DNA of 61,583 nt from Octopus bimaculoides (Eukaryota): assembly GCF_001194135.2 (NCBI RefSeq), contig NC_068990.1:75267485-75329067 (forward strand), in the 5' to 3' direction. The number at the start of each line of letters is the position of its first letter. The stretch's first letter is position 1. Below, piece after piece: positions 26,291-39,198 of the stretch. Both the position numbers and the translations under genes were made by a program. The notes beneath the pieces were generated by a model. That model had not been told where the DNA came from and made no database searches. It worked only from the letters and a program-made list of their open reading frames with translations.

Positions 26291-27291
26291 CTAAGTACCC
26301 TATAGATTGGACCCTGACAGGTGCTACAGCTCCGAGTCAGAGTAAACCTGGAAATAATAGAAGCTAAGTTGTGGTTTCCCATTCCTCAAAAATTATGGAA
26401 CTTCTGAACCAGGACCCAACTTCTCGATGCCCAGGTCTCTCACTATAGTTAAGGGTCATCTGTGATTATTTTTCTGCTTTTAGTTTTCAGATAACGTAGG
26501 GTAATGAGCCAATAAGGAAACCTCTACATTGTAGCATGATGTTCCAAAACGAAGACTAAATCGCTGCCTTAAATCACACCCGTTTTAAAAGAGAAAGGAC
26601 ACTTACGAGAATGCATCATCAGATATATAAAAGAATGGTGTGGCAACAGCTCATTTCATGCTAACTTGAAACTGAACAATAAACATTTCGATTTTGAGTT
26701 AAAACAATGTTTTATTGGAAGAATTTTTCCATGAATATCGTTCAATGGTGTTTTATTCAAATTTCTACTATGGTGTGTGGGAAATAATTAAAATAATTTT
26801 GTAAAGAATTTAAAAAAAAGGAGTTGTTGAACCATTAATAATTAAGACGAATTGGCTTCAGATTTATAAAATATCTTGAATCAGAATAAATTCAAATTAG
26901 TTAGCTGTCATTACACACACTTAATTATACACACTTTATTTATTTATTGGAAGCCAATAAGAACATAATAATAATTTATATAAATCCTTGAGGAAAACAA
27001 AAATTGCCGCAAGGAGCGAACGTGATCGCTTCTGGATGACTGCTCAACCTGCCAGAAAGTGCGGCACACTCTGTGCCAAAGTGCAGCACACTCTCCACCC
27101 TGTTAGTTTAAAAGGGGAAGGACATGTCAGAGAATGTAGCTTTAGGTAAACTATACTTAAAAGAAAAGATGGAATGGTCACGGTTAGAATAACTAATTAT
27201 AGACTAAACAATGTCGATAACAACAGGATACACTGTCCATTGACAATACACATATATAACCAGCTCACTCCTCACCAGAAAAGACAGATCG

Positions 27292-27458
27292 CGCATGAGC
27301 TTCAAAAAGTGTTCTCTAGGGAGAAGAATCCTTTAGCCTGCTAGAAGTAGCAGTCAAAATTTTCCTTAACTTAGAACGCGCATGAGCTTCAGAAAGTGTT
27401 CTCTAAGGAGAGGAATCATTTAGCCTGGTAGAAATAGCAGTCAAAATTTTCCTTAACT
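27292..27458. repeat. 87-bp-period diverged tandem duplication within a dispersed repeat
   Basis: CGCATGAGCTTCA.AAAGTGTTCTCTA at 27292 and 27379; related CTGCTAGAAATAGCAG-type motif recurs near 27050 and 42865. Confidence 0.8.
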
Positions 27459-27639
27459 CATACTCCACCATCTTAAACAAACCAGGGTACATTGAACAAT
27501 GTAGTCCTAGATATACTATGTCTTAAAATACAACCAGATGGTTACAGTTGGTCACAGAACATGTCAAAGTAAACTTGGTTCCAAAACAAAAACAAAAAGA
27601 GTAACATAAGTTACTTTAAAGGGCTATTTTTTAAAAAAT

Positions 27640-27813
27640 GATTAGAGTGCGGCCATACTGTGGCACCAGCTTGAAATGTCAATTCGAATAAATCGATAAC
27701 AGTACTTATCCTATAGGTCTATTTTACCGAACATCTAAGTTACGGAGACGTAAACCAACCAACACCGGTTGAAAAGCGGTGATGAGAAATCAATCACTAC
27801 ACAAACACAAATA

Positions 27814-27870
<57 letters not shown>

Positions 27871-28085
27871 GCACATATACATACACACACTACTATATAC
27901 ATGGACGCACACATATATACCCGACGGGCTTCGTTTTAGTTTCCATCTTCCAAATTCACTTTGATGGCTATGGGTGGCCCAAAGTTATAGCAGAAGACAC
28001 TCACACAAGGTGCCACAAAATGGTGTTGAACCTAAAACCACGTGGTTTAGAAGCAAGGTTCTCAATAATACAGTCATGCACGCAG
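27640..28085 (-). mobile_element. SINE family B with internal (CT)n/(CA)n
   Basis: Body CTAAGTTACGGAGACGTAAAC, internal microsatellite, head ACAAGGTGCCAC...GAACCTAAAACCACGTGG. Confidence 0.8.
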
Positions 28086-28703
28086 AAAGAAAAACAAAGA
28101 AAACTCACCACTAAGAATTATTTTGACACATAGCGCACGCTTTAGTAATACAGACTCGTAGCAACCCACTTAGAACTAGCGGCACCGAATCTTATATCCA
28201 AATTTACATAAAAGAATCGCAGAAGTAGCACGAGGAAAATGTTGTGAAGAGTTTTATTCTGTCCATGTGTTTTAAATGATATCCAGAGAAGGAGTAAATT
28301 AGAAAAGTAATTTATGTAAGTGGTGATAGTTAACAGAGAACACCATTTAATGAAGAGTGACGAATTTATTTGGTGGTAGGTGTATTTTTCGCATGTCTCA
28401 TAGGGCGATGTATGAGTGATTGATCCGCTGATCTGTTGCTTAAAGGTCATCTGTTTATATAATACAACACGAACGGTTTGGACCCCATGAGAAATAGCAA
28501 TGTTTGTGTCACAAAAACATGATTTCGATGACAAATTCATCACGTTTTTGCAAGAGAAACCCAATTATTTTAGATTTGTGTGACATCTACTTTGAGACGG
28601 CAATCATTCATCCGTCAAGTGAAACCTAATCTACTTTTATTACCAGAGTAGGTTATGAATGAACAACTAAATATATACATTTCCACATAAATACGTACTT
28701 AGT

Positions 28704-29065
28704 CTCGTTGCAAAATAAGGCCCACGAGGCTTCTATTCAACGGCATGGGATGAAGGTCGAACCAAATGAGTTCATTGTAATTTAACAATTTATTAGGTTC
28801 TCGTCTTCTCTCATTCCCAAACTGACGATGGTTGTAATAAAAGCCTATTTATTAAAAAATAAATTATTATATGCCCACCCACTCCCGTTGCAAAATTAGG
28901 CCCACGAGGTTTCTTTTTAGTAGCATGGGGTGAGGATCGAGCCAAATGATTTCATTGTAATTTAACAATTTATTAGATTCTATTCTTTCTCTCTCATTCT
29001 CAAAATGAAGATGGTTCCAGTAAAAGCCTTTTTATTAAAATGGAAACAGTTATGTGCCTATCCAC
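28704..29065. repeat. Diverged 180-bp tandem duplication
   Basis: CGTTGCAAAAT.AGGCCCACGAGG starts at about 28704 and 28884; TTCATTGTAATTTAACAATTTATTAG identical in both. Confidence 0.9.
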
Positions 29066-29325
29066 AAAGTCATTTATTTGTATAAATTATAAGAGTTTCA
29101 AGAGTTAGCCATTGAATCGACCCCCGTGAGTCGGATTGGCTGTTCCAACGCCTCTCCCTCGCTATCCACCAGGACAACACCTTTTCGATTTTGTCCGCCG
29201 AGACCATGACGTGGAGTGACAAATCATTTTAGTTATAGTTGTACCTCTGAAGATCATGCATATCCTCTTAACTCTCAAAATAATTATCAAAAGAACAAAC
29301 GTTATTGGTTCTTTTACTATATATA

Positions 29326-29368
<43 letters not shown>

Positions 29369-30409
29369 TTGTTATTTGTGACTGTGTTTATCCCCCCACT
29401 ACTATCACTTGACAACCGATGTAGGTGTGTTTACGACCCCGTCAGTTAGCAGTTCGGCAAAGAGTAACCCATACATTAAGTACTAGCCATACAAAGAATA
29501 AGTCCTGAGGTCGACTTGTCCGACTAAAGTCGGTGCTCCAGCATGGCGCAATCAAATCACTGAAACACGTAAAAGAATATCATAATTCTTCTAATAATCT
29601 GTTTACATTAAATATCCTGAAAAGTTCAGGTTTTGGCTTTTATGCGCCGGAAGCCTCATCAGACCTTTAAGTAGGCTCTCCTAAGTATCGGGCCGATTAG
29701 CTGCCTAATGATAAGCCCAGCATTATTTTATATTCTAAAATCTCTCAAAGAGATCAACGCAGTAATTGTACTGACAAGTAATATTCGTAGCCACTTTAAC
29801 ATGGCAGCCCGTTCCAGCGAACTCTATTGCAATTTTTTAAGCCCAAGCGGACATCTCCTCTAGCTGTTAACGATGCTGGTTTACTCCACATATCACTAAC
29901 TTACGCCACACCTTGATATGTTTTAACATGTTCAAACAGAGGTGATCAGCACTAGTTCATAGTACTATTCTTCGATAGAATAGTAAACAATAATTATCTA
30001 TCAAATTTCTATGCAAACAGTTACTATATCACTTATTCATATTTCATTTTGTAAGAAAAGTTTTTGTGACCTTCTCGTGCGACTGCCACATGAGCTTAAT
30101 ACATGAACGTTGACCAATCAATTTGTACGTTAACGGATAGCGTTCTGAGCCACATTCATATTTTATATATACGATAAATAAGCTTTATTATTCATTTAGC
30201 GAGGTATAGCCATCCTAAATTTTAAGAGGATCTAACGAAGAACTTATTTAAACAATACATCCGAAGAGATGCATATCACACACCTTGGATGTAAGATAAT
30301 GATTGCACAATATGTCATGTCACATATGTACTATTGGTGCAAGAACGCATTGAAACAATTGTAGTGATTTTATGTAAAGGATGTCGTTATTTCCATTTTC
30401 TTTCATTTC

Positions 30410-30481
30410 TCACTCTCTGTCTCTGTCTGTCGGTCTGTCTGTCTGTCTGTCTGTCTGTCTCTGTCTGTCTGTCTGTCTGTC

Positions 30482-30546
<65 letters not shown>
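30410..30546. repeat. (TCTG)n/(TC)n microsatellite before a gap
   Basis: Read directly. Confidence 0.95.
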
Positions 30547-30961
30547 NNNNNNNNNNNNNNNNNNNNNNNNNNNNNNNNNNNNNNNNNNNNNNNNNNNNNN
30601 NNNNNNNNNNNNNNNNNNNNNNNNNNNNNNNNNNNNNNNNNNNNNNNNNNNNNNNNNNNNNNNNNNNNNNNNNNNNNNNNNNNNNNNNNNNNNNNNNNNN
30701 NNNNNNNNNNNNNNNNNNNNNNNNNNNNNNNNNNNNNNNNNNNNNNNNNNNNNNNNNNNNNNNNNNNNNNNNNNNNNNNNNNNNNNNNNNNNNNNNNNNN
30801 NNNNNNNNNNNNNNNNNNNNNNNNNNNNNNNNNNNNNNNNNNNNNNNNNNNNNNNNNNNNNNNNNNNNNNNNNNNNNNNNNNNNNNNNNNNNNNNNNNNN
30901 NNNNNNNNNNNNNNNNNNNNNNNNNNNNNNNNNNNNNNNNNNNNNNNNNNNNNNNNNNNNN

Positions 30962-31012
<51 letters not shown>

Positions 31013-31789
31013 TTTCATACTTTTCCGAAGGAAATATTTTATGCTCATGTTACAAAACATGCTACAGCTTCATGCAAGAGTGCACAGACGATGCAAGCAT
31101 TAATGCAATAAATGCAAACTGCTACAGGAAGCTTGTATGCTTACCACAATAGTGGCCGATATAATATCAGCCACGTCTTGTGACAACAGCTCACCTTTTG
31201 CTCGATTTGCACTAAATCACACGAAATACATACGTTTGCGCTTCGGTTATTATTGAGTACGCGTTAGCCTAAATTCATTGAAAACACCAGCAGCAATAAA
31301 TGAATAAGTAAATAAATAAATTAATAAAAGTTAAATAAATCAATAAATAAATAAAAGTAAAATAAAGAGATAAATAAATAAATACTTTGACGTGAATCAC
31401 GACAAGAGGCGGGAAAGCAGATGGAGGAGAGAATTGAGGAATCTGAATATCATTTACATATGATTAATTTTAATTTAATACAATATGAAATGTATTCATG
31501 GAGCAGTAAATTTTAGTCTTTTGTCTTCATTAACTGAAAATAAAATTTGTAATATTTTTTTAGGGGAGGGGCATGGTAATTTTTCGTTTTTCTCTGCGCG
31601 CAATTTAATCAATACACCATTGGGAATTTTATGCATATTTGCAAGTGCAAGTTGATTGCGTGCATTGCATAGAAACGCGTATACTTACTTGCTCAGTAGT
31701 GATCATGCGCGAATGCTTTAACTAAACCACCAAGAATATAATTGTGTCAGTAGTAACAATGAAGCGAAATCGCAAGGAGAGTATTAATG

Positions 31790-32135
31790 CCTTCGTCGTC
31801 TTTCTCCTACTCCTACGCCTCCTCCTCACCCTCTACCTCTTCGTCCTCATCATCATCATTACCATTATCATCAGCATCATTATTATCTTCACCATCATCG
31901 TCATAATCATTATCCCTGCAACTTCTACCCAGCATCATCATCATCATGATTATAATTATCATCATTAGCATTACCACAACCTCAACCCCACCAGCATCAT
32001 CACCACCATCACCATCACCCTCCTCGTCATCATCATCGTCGTCGTCGTGGTGCTCATCATCATCGTCATCACTACCTCTACCACCACCACAACCGTCATT
32101 ATCGTCATTATAGTCATCAACATCATTATCATAAC
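31790..32135. repeat. Degenerate (CAT)n/(CAC)n/(CTC)n low-complexity tract
   Basis: Read directly; gives the D/E-rich antisense ORF. Confidence 0.9.
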
Positions 32136-32507
32136 CTAACCCCAACGCTTTACGAGAGATTGTAGCTAGATAGAAAACAGAAGTTTACAGGAGTTGTTCA
32201 ATCGATTTAGAAGATGAGAACATGAAAGATGTTCTCACCTATAATATAAATGTGCTGAGAATGGCTTTTGAACATTTTTTTCGATGCAAAACATGAAAGA
32301 TGCGTTGTTCGTGCAAACGCGCAAAAGGTGTTCTGAGGTTGAATGTGATGCAAGCGCATCACGACAACTATACTTCACTCCGATTTTTGACATATCGCAG
32401 CAGTTCCGTGCTATAAATTCAAAACAGGTCTCTTATTTTTATCTCTTTACTAGTTTCATTCATTTGAACTGCGGCCATGCTGAAGTACAGCCTTAAAACC
32501 GTTTTTT

Positions 32508-32589
32508 CTTTGCCGATAGGATTCGAACCTTGGCGAACAGACCTCAATGGATTTCTAGTCTATCACGTTAACCACTTAGTTATGATAAT
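32508..32589 (-). pseudogene. tRNA-Ser(AGA) pseudogene
   Basis: Minus strand AGTGGTTAA..GATAGACT-AGA-AATCCATTGAGGTCTG..CGCCAAGGTTCGAATCCT aligns to eukaryotic tRNA-Ser(AGA) including the long variable arm; anticodon 32554-32556; acceptor and D stems mutated. Confidence 0.8.
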
Positions 32590-33775
32590 GTTTGCATTCT
32601 TTTCAATTTGCTGATCCGTTCGCAAGGCGCAAGGAACTAGGGACGATGGTCATCGATGCTTATTTCAACTGTCTGCTATGATACTAGGTTCACAACGCAG
32701 AGTTCAGCAAAATGGTAAACGAACTGCTTTAGACAGATGATACCGTGAATGTGTTAAAGGGCTGCGCGATGGGTAAATACAAAGACAGAATGGTCTGCTC
32801 TACAAACTTCATTGTTTATATCAGACATGTTCCAAGAAAGCCTAAGTCACTCGTGTATACCCTCAAATAAATAAAGAAAGAAAGAAGACGAAAATAATGA
32901 TAAAGGAAACTGTAAAAAATTATAAAAAGAAATAATGATAATTCTGTTGAACTCCGACTCCTGATTTACAACATTAGCAATAATAATAATACATGACCAG
33001 TTATATATGTATTTGTACAGAGCCTTAACTATTACGCAGAAATTAAAATACATTAGGTTATTACAAAAATAGACAAAAATATTGTTTAAAAAATACTGAT
33101 ATTGTGTTAAAATAAGGATAATTTCAATATTTATAATACGATTGATAGCAAAAACAACGTCTTTATTAATAACAACGATTTTTCAGCTCGCAAGAAAGTA
33201 GTTTCGATTTGTTCCAAAAGCAAGCTTCAAGAAAGTGTAAAAACGTAAGACACAGTTAGGCAATGCTAAAAACTGAACGGGTTTCCACGGAACATTTAAA
33301 GCTAGCTCTAACTGATGTGTAAGGCGAGATTATATTTGTAGGTGCAGACTAAAGCTATAGGACTGTCTGCAAATTGTTAAAAACTAAATACGTGCAGAGA
33401 GTCAGTCCACAACACTACGTTGCACATCTACCTGTACACTTGTGTTGCAATCCGCAGATCGATGGTATCTGAAGTATAAGGATCACTATCGAAAACATTT
33501 GACTTGGCGTTGATATTTGATTTGTCATTCCTGTGGCGTGGTATGAACAGTTTTTGAGCGACGAAGTCACGCGGAATTACATGTAGGTGAGTGGGAGTGG
33601 GTTGGGGTCTTATTTGACATACAAGTCACCTCATATTTAGATGCCCAAACACGCTGTATTTCAGAAAGGCTTCATACAACTACCAACGGGAATTGCGTCC
33701 TTACTGCAAAGACTATTATTTAAGGTTAACTGCCATTTCTAGCAAGTTAAGTGACATAGTAGAAACTCCTCTCCT

Positions 33776-34014
33776 GAATGCGACGAGCTGGCAGAAACGT
33801 TAGCGTGCCGGGCGAAATGCTTAGCGGTATTTCGTCTGCCGTTACGTTCTGAGTTCAAATTCCGCCGAGGTCAACATTGCCTTTCATCCATTCGGGGTCG
33901 ATAAATTAAGTACCAGTTACGCACTGGGGTCGATGTAATCGACTTAATCCCTTTGTCTGTCCTTGTTTGTCCCCACTATGTTTAGCCCCTTGTGGGCAAT
34001 AAAAAAATAAGAAG
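33776..34014 (+). mobile_element. Full-length SINE family C, 12-bp TSD
   Basis: TSD AACTCCTCTCCT at 33764-33775 and 34015-34026; B-box GAGTTCAAATTCC; A-rich tail. Confidence 0.92.
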
Positions 34015-34444
34015 AACTCCTCTCCTTGGCAAGAGGATGTTACATTTCATGGACATTCTCTCACTTAACGCCATGAACATCATGTCCTCGCATCACCATT
34101 CGTCTGTTTGTTTTTTTTTCATCTGATGCATAAATAAATTTCCATTATAANNNNNNNNNNNNNNNNNNNNNNNNNNNNNNNNNNNNNNNNNNNNNNNNNN
34201 NNNNNNNNNNNNNNNNNNNNNNNNNNNNNNNNNNNNNNNNNNNNNNNNNNNNNNNNNNNNNNNNNNNNNNNNNNNNNNNNNNNNNNNNNNNNNNNNNNNN
34301 NNNNNNNNNNNNNNNNNNNNNNNNNNNNNNNNNNNNNNNNNNNNNNNNNNNNNNNNNNNNNNNNNNNNNNNNNNNNNNNNNNNNNNNNNNNNNNNNNNNN
34401 NNNNNNNNNNNNNNNNNNNNNNNNNNNNNNNNNNNNNNNNNNNN

Positions 34445-34489
<45 letters not shown>

Positions 34490-34518
34490 AACATATACAT
34501 TTATGCACATATGTATGT

Positions 34519-34556
<38 letters not shown>

Positions 34557-34874
34557 TAACATATATACACACACACTTACATATGTATATATGTATGTGT
34601 GTATGTTTGTATATTTGCGTATCGTCTACAGGTGGATAATTCAGAACTGAGACACACTAGGTGTACTAATTAATAACTTTATTCTTGCTTGTCAGACGTT
34701 CAATCGGTGTGAGATGATCTCCAGCCGAGTCGATGTTTATTTTCTATTCACATCTGCGATAAATACTTCATACAAATTCATATATTCTGAAATAAATGAA
34801 AAATCTCCACCCATCGCCGACACTGCACCACGTCACCATATATCTCCCACATTCACACACACTTATGTATGTAT

Positions 34875-34932
<58 letters not shown>

Positions 34933-35835
34933 GTATATATCTGTGTACATATGGACATTTATGGCAGTATGTGTATCTTTATGAAAAATAGTAGTGAGTG
35001 CATGGCCTTTGTACAAAACAAGTCACTGAATATAGCTATGAGTGAGTATATAAACTTCCTTTAGTACATAAACAAATTGAAAACGATCAGTAGTCATTCT
35101 GGAACCACTATTGGTCTCACTATCAGTTGACCAAGCATCTCTTAGAAAGATTGTTATTATCAACACAACGAAACTAACGCAATGAAGGGGCGCTCACACT
35201 ATGAAACACACACGTGTTTGTGAATTGAGACAGTGGCCTGTAAAGAAGAAAAGAAACTGGACTACTAAGAGGCGTCCATCTGAATAATAAATGATCAATT
35301 TTCTTGTTTTTTCAACTATTGGTAATTATAGGCAGAAGCTAACTGACGAAGCGACACACATTATGGCAGGTCGCCAACGAGATAAACTTATCAAGACGAG
35401 ACGGTTTCTGAATAAATACAAGCCAGGAATATAAAACTGCTTAAGGTAGATGACGTGACCGGGCGAAACTGACCAAATAAAACTATTTACCAGTATATTG
35501 GGAGCTCCTTTGTTGATAAAATCATCTATAGCTTCTTATAGTCTCAATACAATCTATTGGTTCGTGTCAACCCAGTGTGATTCTGCTGTCTGGCCTTGCT
35601 ATGTAGACGTTGTGGTTTTTCTTTCAAAACGTATGAATTACTAAAAATAACTGCATTGTTTCTCGTGTAGACAGTATAAAACATGTCGTTCTTAAAGAAC
35701 AACCCTTTAAAAACCACATCGCTTGTGTAATGTGAATGATTAGCAATATTGAGAATTAGGTTTCGCGTCATTCAGTCAGCTTCAATGCTGTGAACGATTG
35801 TGGTCCTTTTTTATTTTTTATTTTCTATTCAGAAA

Positions 35836-36295
35836 GGGGCAGGGATGGCTGTGTGGTTAAGAAGCTCACACTGCAACCACGTGGTTTCAGGTTCAGTCCC
35901 ACTGCGCGACATTTTGGGTTAGTGTCTCCTACAATAGCATTGGGTCTACTAATATCTCGTGAGTGTGTAGCCCCTTGTGTGCAGCAACGAAATAAGAAAC
36001 CGTCGAATGTATGTATGAATGTATGAATGCGTGCGTATGATTGTATAAGTGTTTATGTGTATGTACGTGTGTGTGGCATTGTGCTTGTGTTTGTCCCTCC
36101 CCCATCACTTGACAGCGAGCGTTGATTTGATTACTTTCCTGTAACCTAGCGTTTCAGCCAAAGATCGATAAGATAAGGACCGCACTTAAAACTCAAACAA
36201 GTATTGGTGTCGATTTATTCAACTAAATCCTTCAAGACAGTGCCCCAGTATGGCCGCAGTTCAATGAGTAAAACAAGTAAGAAACAAAATATAAA
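35836..36295 (+). mobile_element. Full-length SINE family B
   Basis: Head GGATGGCTGTGTGGTTAAG...GGTTCAGTCCC, internal TG-rich tract, tail GGCCGCAGTTCAATGAGTAAAACAAGTAA. Confidence 0.85.
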
Positions 36296-36529
36296 AGGTG
36301 GTAATATGTTATAATCAACTTGTCAAATAAAAACCAATAAAGACATTTTTATCGTTAATGATTTGTAGGGACGCGGTATTTCGTTATGCAACCATAATAT
36401 AGTATAAAGTATATTTATCATTTTCATATACCAATACCGTGTTCTACTGCGTTAGCAGTGCGATTTATATCACTTGTTAAGATTGGCTATAATTTCTATA
36501 GAATATCTGTAAAGATAATCTTAAAAAGT

Positions 36530-36850
36530 GAAGGCGCATAGCTCAGTTGTTAGAGCGTCGGGCTCACAATCATGAGATAGTGAGTTCGATGCCCGGACAC
36601 GTGCTGTGTCTTGTGCTCTTGAGCACGTTGCTCTAGTTCACTCAATTGTATAAATGAGATGTGAGGTCACTGGTGCTATGCCGTATCGGCCTTTCCCTTG
36701 GGTAAGATCGGTGCCGTGGGGAAGGGAGGCTGGTATGCATGGGTGACTGCTGGCCTTCCATAAACAACCTTGCCCGGACTTTTGCCTCTAAGGGTTTACT
36801 TTCTAGGTGCAATCCCATGGTCATTCATGACCGAAGAGACTCTTTACCCC
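36530..36850 (+). mobile_element. SINE with tRNA head + CORE-like middle + tail 3
   Basis: A-box TAGCTCAGTTG, B-box GAGTTCGATGC; tail GCATGGGTGACTGCTGGCCTTCCATAAACAACCTTGCCCGG shared with 61172-61512. Confidence 0.85.
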
Positions 36851-37612
36851 TTTAACAAGTGGATATTATTCTTGTTGCCTATTAACCATTGCACAATCCG
36901 TTCGAGTGTCTTAATGATTCATTACTTTCCAGCAGTCACCATTCTCTTTTTAGGAGTATCCTTTATAATCTTATCAATGAACCTCGCGAGTTGGTGGTAA
37001 CTGTTGTAGTGGGTGCAGCTGGCCATTCTCCGCTCACTGCCTTCGCAATCGGGGCCACGAGGTGCGGCTAACCACGCCATTTGTTTCGGGGTGTATAAGA
37101 CGTTATCAATACACACATTCCACTTCATAATCCCCAACCTTTTTTCTCTTTTCCTTTGTCTCCTCGGTGAAGTAGCTATTGTTTGTTCTCTTTTTCTTCG
37201 ATAATGTGATCTTTTATACTTTTAGTATTTATTTCCTATTCTGAATTATACATTATAATTACCTGAGTACCAGAGTGAATAATAATTATTATTTTTCTGT
37301 GTCCATCTTTTATCTTTTACTTGTTTCAGTCATCAGACTGCAGTCATGCTGGAGCACAGCATTCAAGAATTTTAGTCACATGAATCGACACTAGTTCCTA
37401 TTATTTATTTTTTCTGTAACCTACTATTCATTCTATCGAACTCTTTGGCAGGGGATGTAAACAAACCAATACCGAGTGTCGAGTGGTGGTGATGTTGGCG
37501 CTGGCGGGAATCAAACATAGTCTGAAAGACACATACACATACACATACACACATAAATAATTACATACACATATGCATGCATACATATATACATAATGCA
37601 TACACACACACA

Positions 37613-37662
<50 letters not shown>

Positions 37663-38044
37663 NNNNNNNNNNNNNNNNNNNNNNNNNNNNNNNNNNNNNN
37701 NNNNNNNNNNNNNNNNNNNNNNNNNNNNNNNNNNNNNNNNNNNNNNNNNNCAAGAGATATGTTATCTAATGTCTCGTTTCCGCATCTAAGACAAAGAAGC
37801 GTGACATTTTCTAGGGATTTGATTAGTGTTTTTATCAGAAGACTCGAGTAGAGTCTCCCTGGGGGCATGAAAAAGGTACATTGCTCATAGTGCTGGAGAC
37901 TTATATTGGTTTCGACCTTTTGGTTTATTCTGATTGACTTGTATTTTTCCTATGCAGAGAAATACATCTAATATTTTGAACGAATCTTAAAGAAAGACAG
38001 AAGGAGAAAGAGAGAAAGAAAGAGTAAAGTGTTCCTTCCCGAGT

Positions 38045-38272
38045 TATACAGACTCATAGACGCCGGTTTCCCAGTTTTCATGGCGTATCTATTCCCTGCC
38101 TGGACGAGGCGCCGATCCGTCGTAGGATTACACATTTTTGTCAACTGAGTGAACTGGAGTTACGTGAAATGAAGTGTTTTGATCAAGAACACAACGCCTC
38201 TCTTAATCCAGGATTCGAAACCACAATGTTACGATCTTGAGTCCAACATCCTAACCACTAAGCCACGTACCA
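38045..38272 (-). mobile_element. SINE with tRNA head + CORE-like middle + tail 2
   Basis: CTGAGTGAACTGGAG..ACGTGAAATGAAGTGTTTTGATCAAGAACACAAC core; CCTGGACGAGGCGCCGATCCGTCGTAGG tail related to 23760-23810. Confidence 0.75.
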
Positions 38273-38328
38273 CGAGAGAAAGAGAAAGAAAGAAAGAGAT
38301 GGAGACAAGGCGATAGGGATAAAGAAAA

Positions 38329-38711
38329 TGTTGTTGGCACTCCGTCGCTTACGACGATGGGGGTTCCAGTTGATCCTATCAACGGAACAGCCTGTTCGTA
38401 AAATCAGCGTGCAAGTGGCTGAGCTCTCCACAGACACGTGTACCCTTAACGTAGTTCTCGGGGATATTCAGCGTGACACAGAGTTTGACAAGGCTGGCCC
38501 TTTGAATTACAGGCACAACAGAAACAAGAAGTAAGAGAGTAAGTTGTGGTGAAAGAGTAGAGCAGGGTTCGCCACTATGCCCTGCCGGAGCCTCGTGGGG
38601 CTTTAGGTGTTTTCGCTCAATAAATACTCACAACTCCCGGTCTGGGAATCAAAATCGCGATCGTATTACCGTGAGTCCGCTACCCTAACCACTGGGCCAT
38701 TGTGCCTCCAC
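38329..38711 (-). mobile_element. Full-length SINE family A + tail 1, 11-bp TSD
   Basis: TSD GATAAAGAAAA at 38318-38328 and 38712-38722. Confidence 0.95.
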
Positions 38712-39014
38712 GATAAAGAAAAACGAAAGGAATATCAAACATGTAAAATATGATACTTCCTCCACTGAGAATTTCATACACGGCATGGCTAATAGTTTCA
38801 AATTTTGATGTAAGTCTTGAACTTTCAGGTAAAGGACAGGTCTACTACGTTGATGCCAATGCTTGACTGTTATTCTGCTGTAGTGACTCTGAAAGCATGA
38901 GAGATAAAGTCGATCTCTGTGGAATTTTACTCAGCGCGCCAACGATTCTGCCGGTTCGCCGCCTTGAGACACAGGATTGATTATTTGTAGTAGACCAAAG
39001 AAATGCAGTTTGAA

Positions 39015-39198
39015 GCCACTAGCCACTAATGCATTTTGTTTTACTCTCTCTATGTTTATTTTCTCGTGTTCATTTCTGTTGAAGAGCGTAGGATCGAGAC
39101 GTAAAAGACTTTCTCACCTTCCCGAGCGTTAAACTATTACACCTGCCTGTTGTTTGCACACCTGTCTTCGTCTTTTGTTTTTTTGTAAATTCCAACTA
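39015..39198 (+). mobile_element. Penelope-like terminal-repeat remnant with a degenerate minimal hammerhead motif
   Basis: Homologous to 44415-44601; CTGTTGAAGAGCGTAGGATCGAGACGTAAAAG; ends GTAAATTCCAACTA + (TA)n. Confidence 0.6.

Noticed and set aside
29620-29670. Minus-strand CTGATGA-GGCTT...AAGCC-AAAAC resembling a hammerhead
   Set aside because: GAAA is AAAA, and there is no helix III or NUH cleavage site.
31813-32145. D/E-rich acidic ORF (also 53005-53208)
   Set aside because: Reading of degenerate (CAT)n/(GAT)n tracts; no splice or codon evidence.
33459-33586. Segment bounded by a CCGCAG acceptor and a GTGAGT donor
   Set aside because: Stops in all three frames; it could be a non-coding exon, but nothing in the sequence supports it further.
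36530-36600. tRNA-like sequences at SINE heads
   Set aside because: A/B boxes are present but acceptor stems are absent and each runs into a SINE body; they are not tRNA genes.
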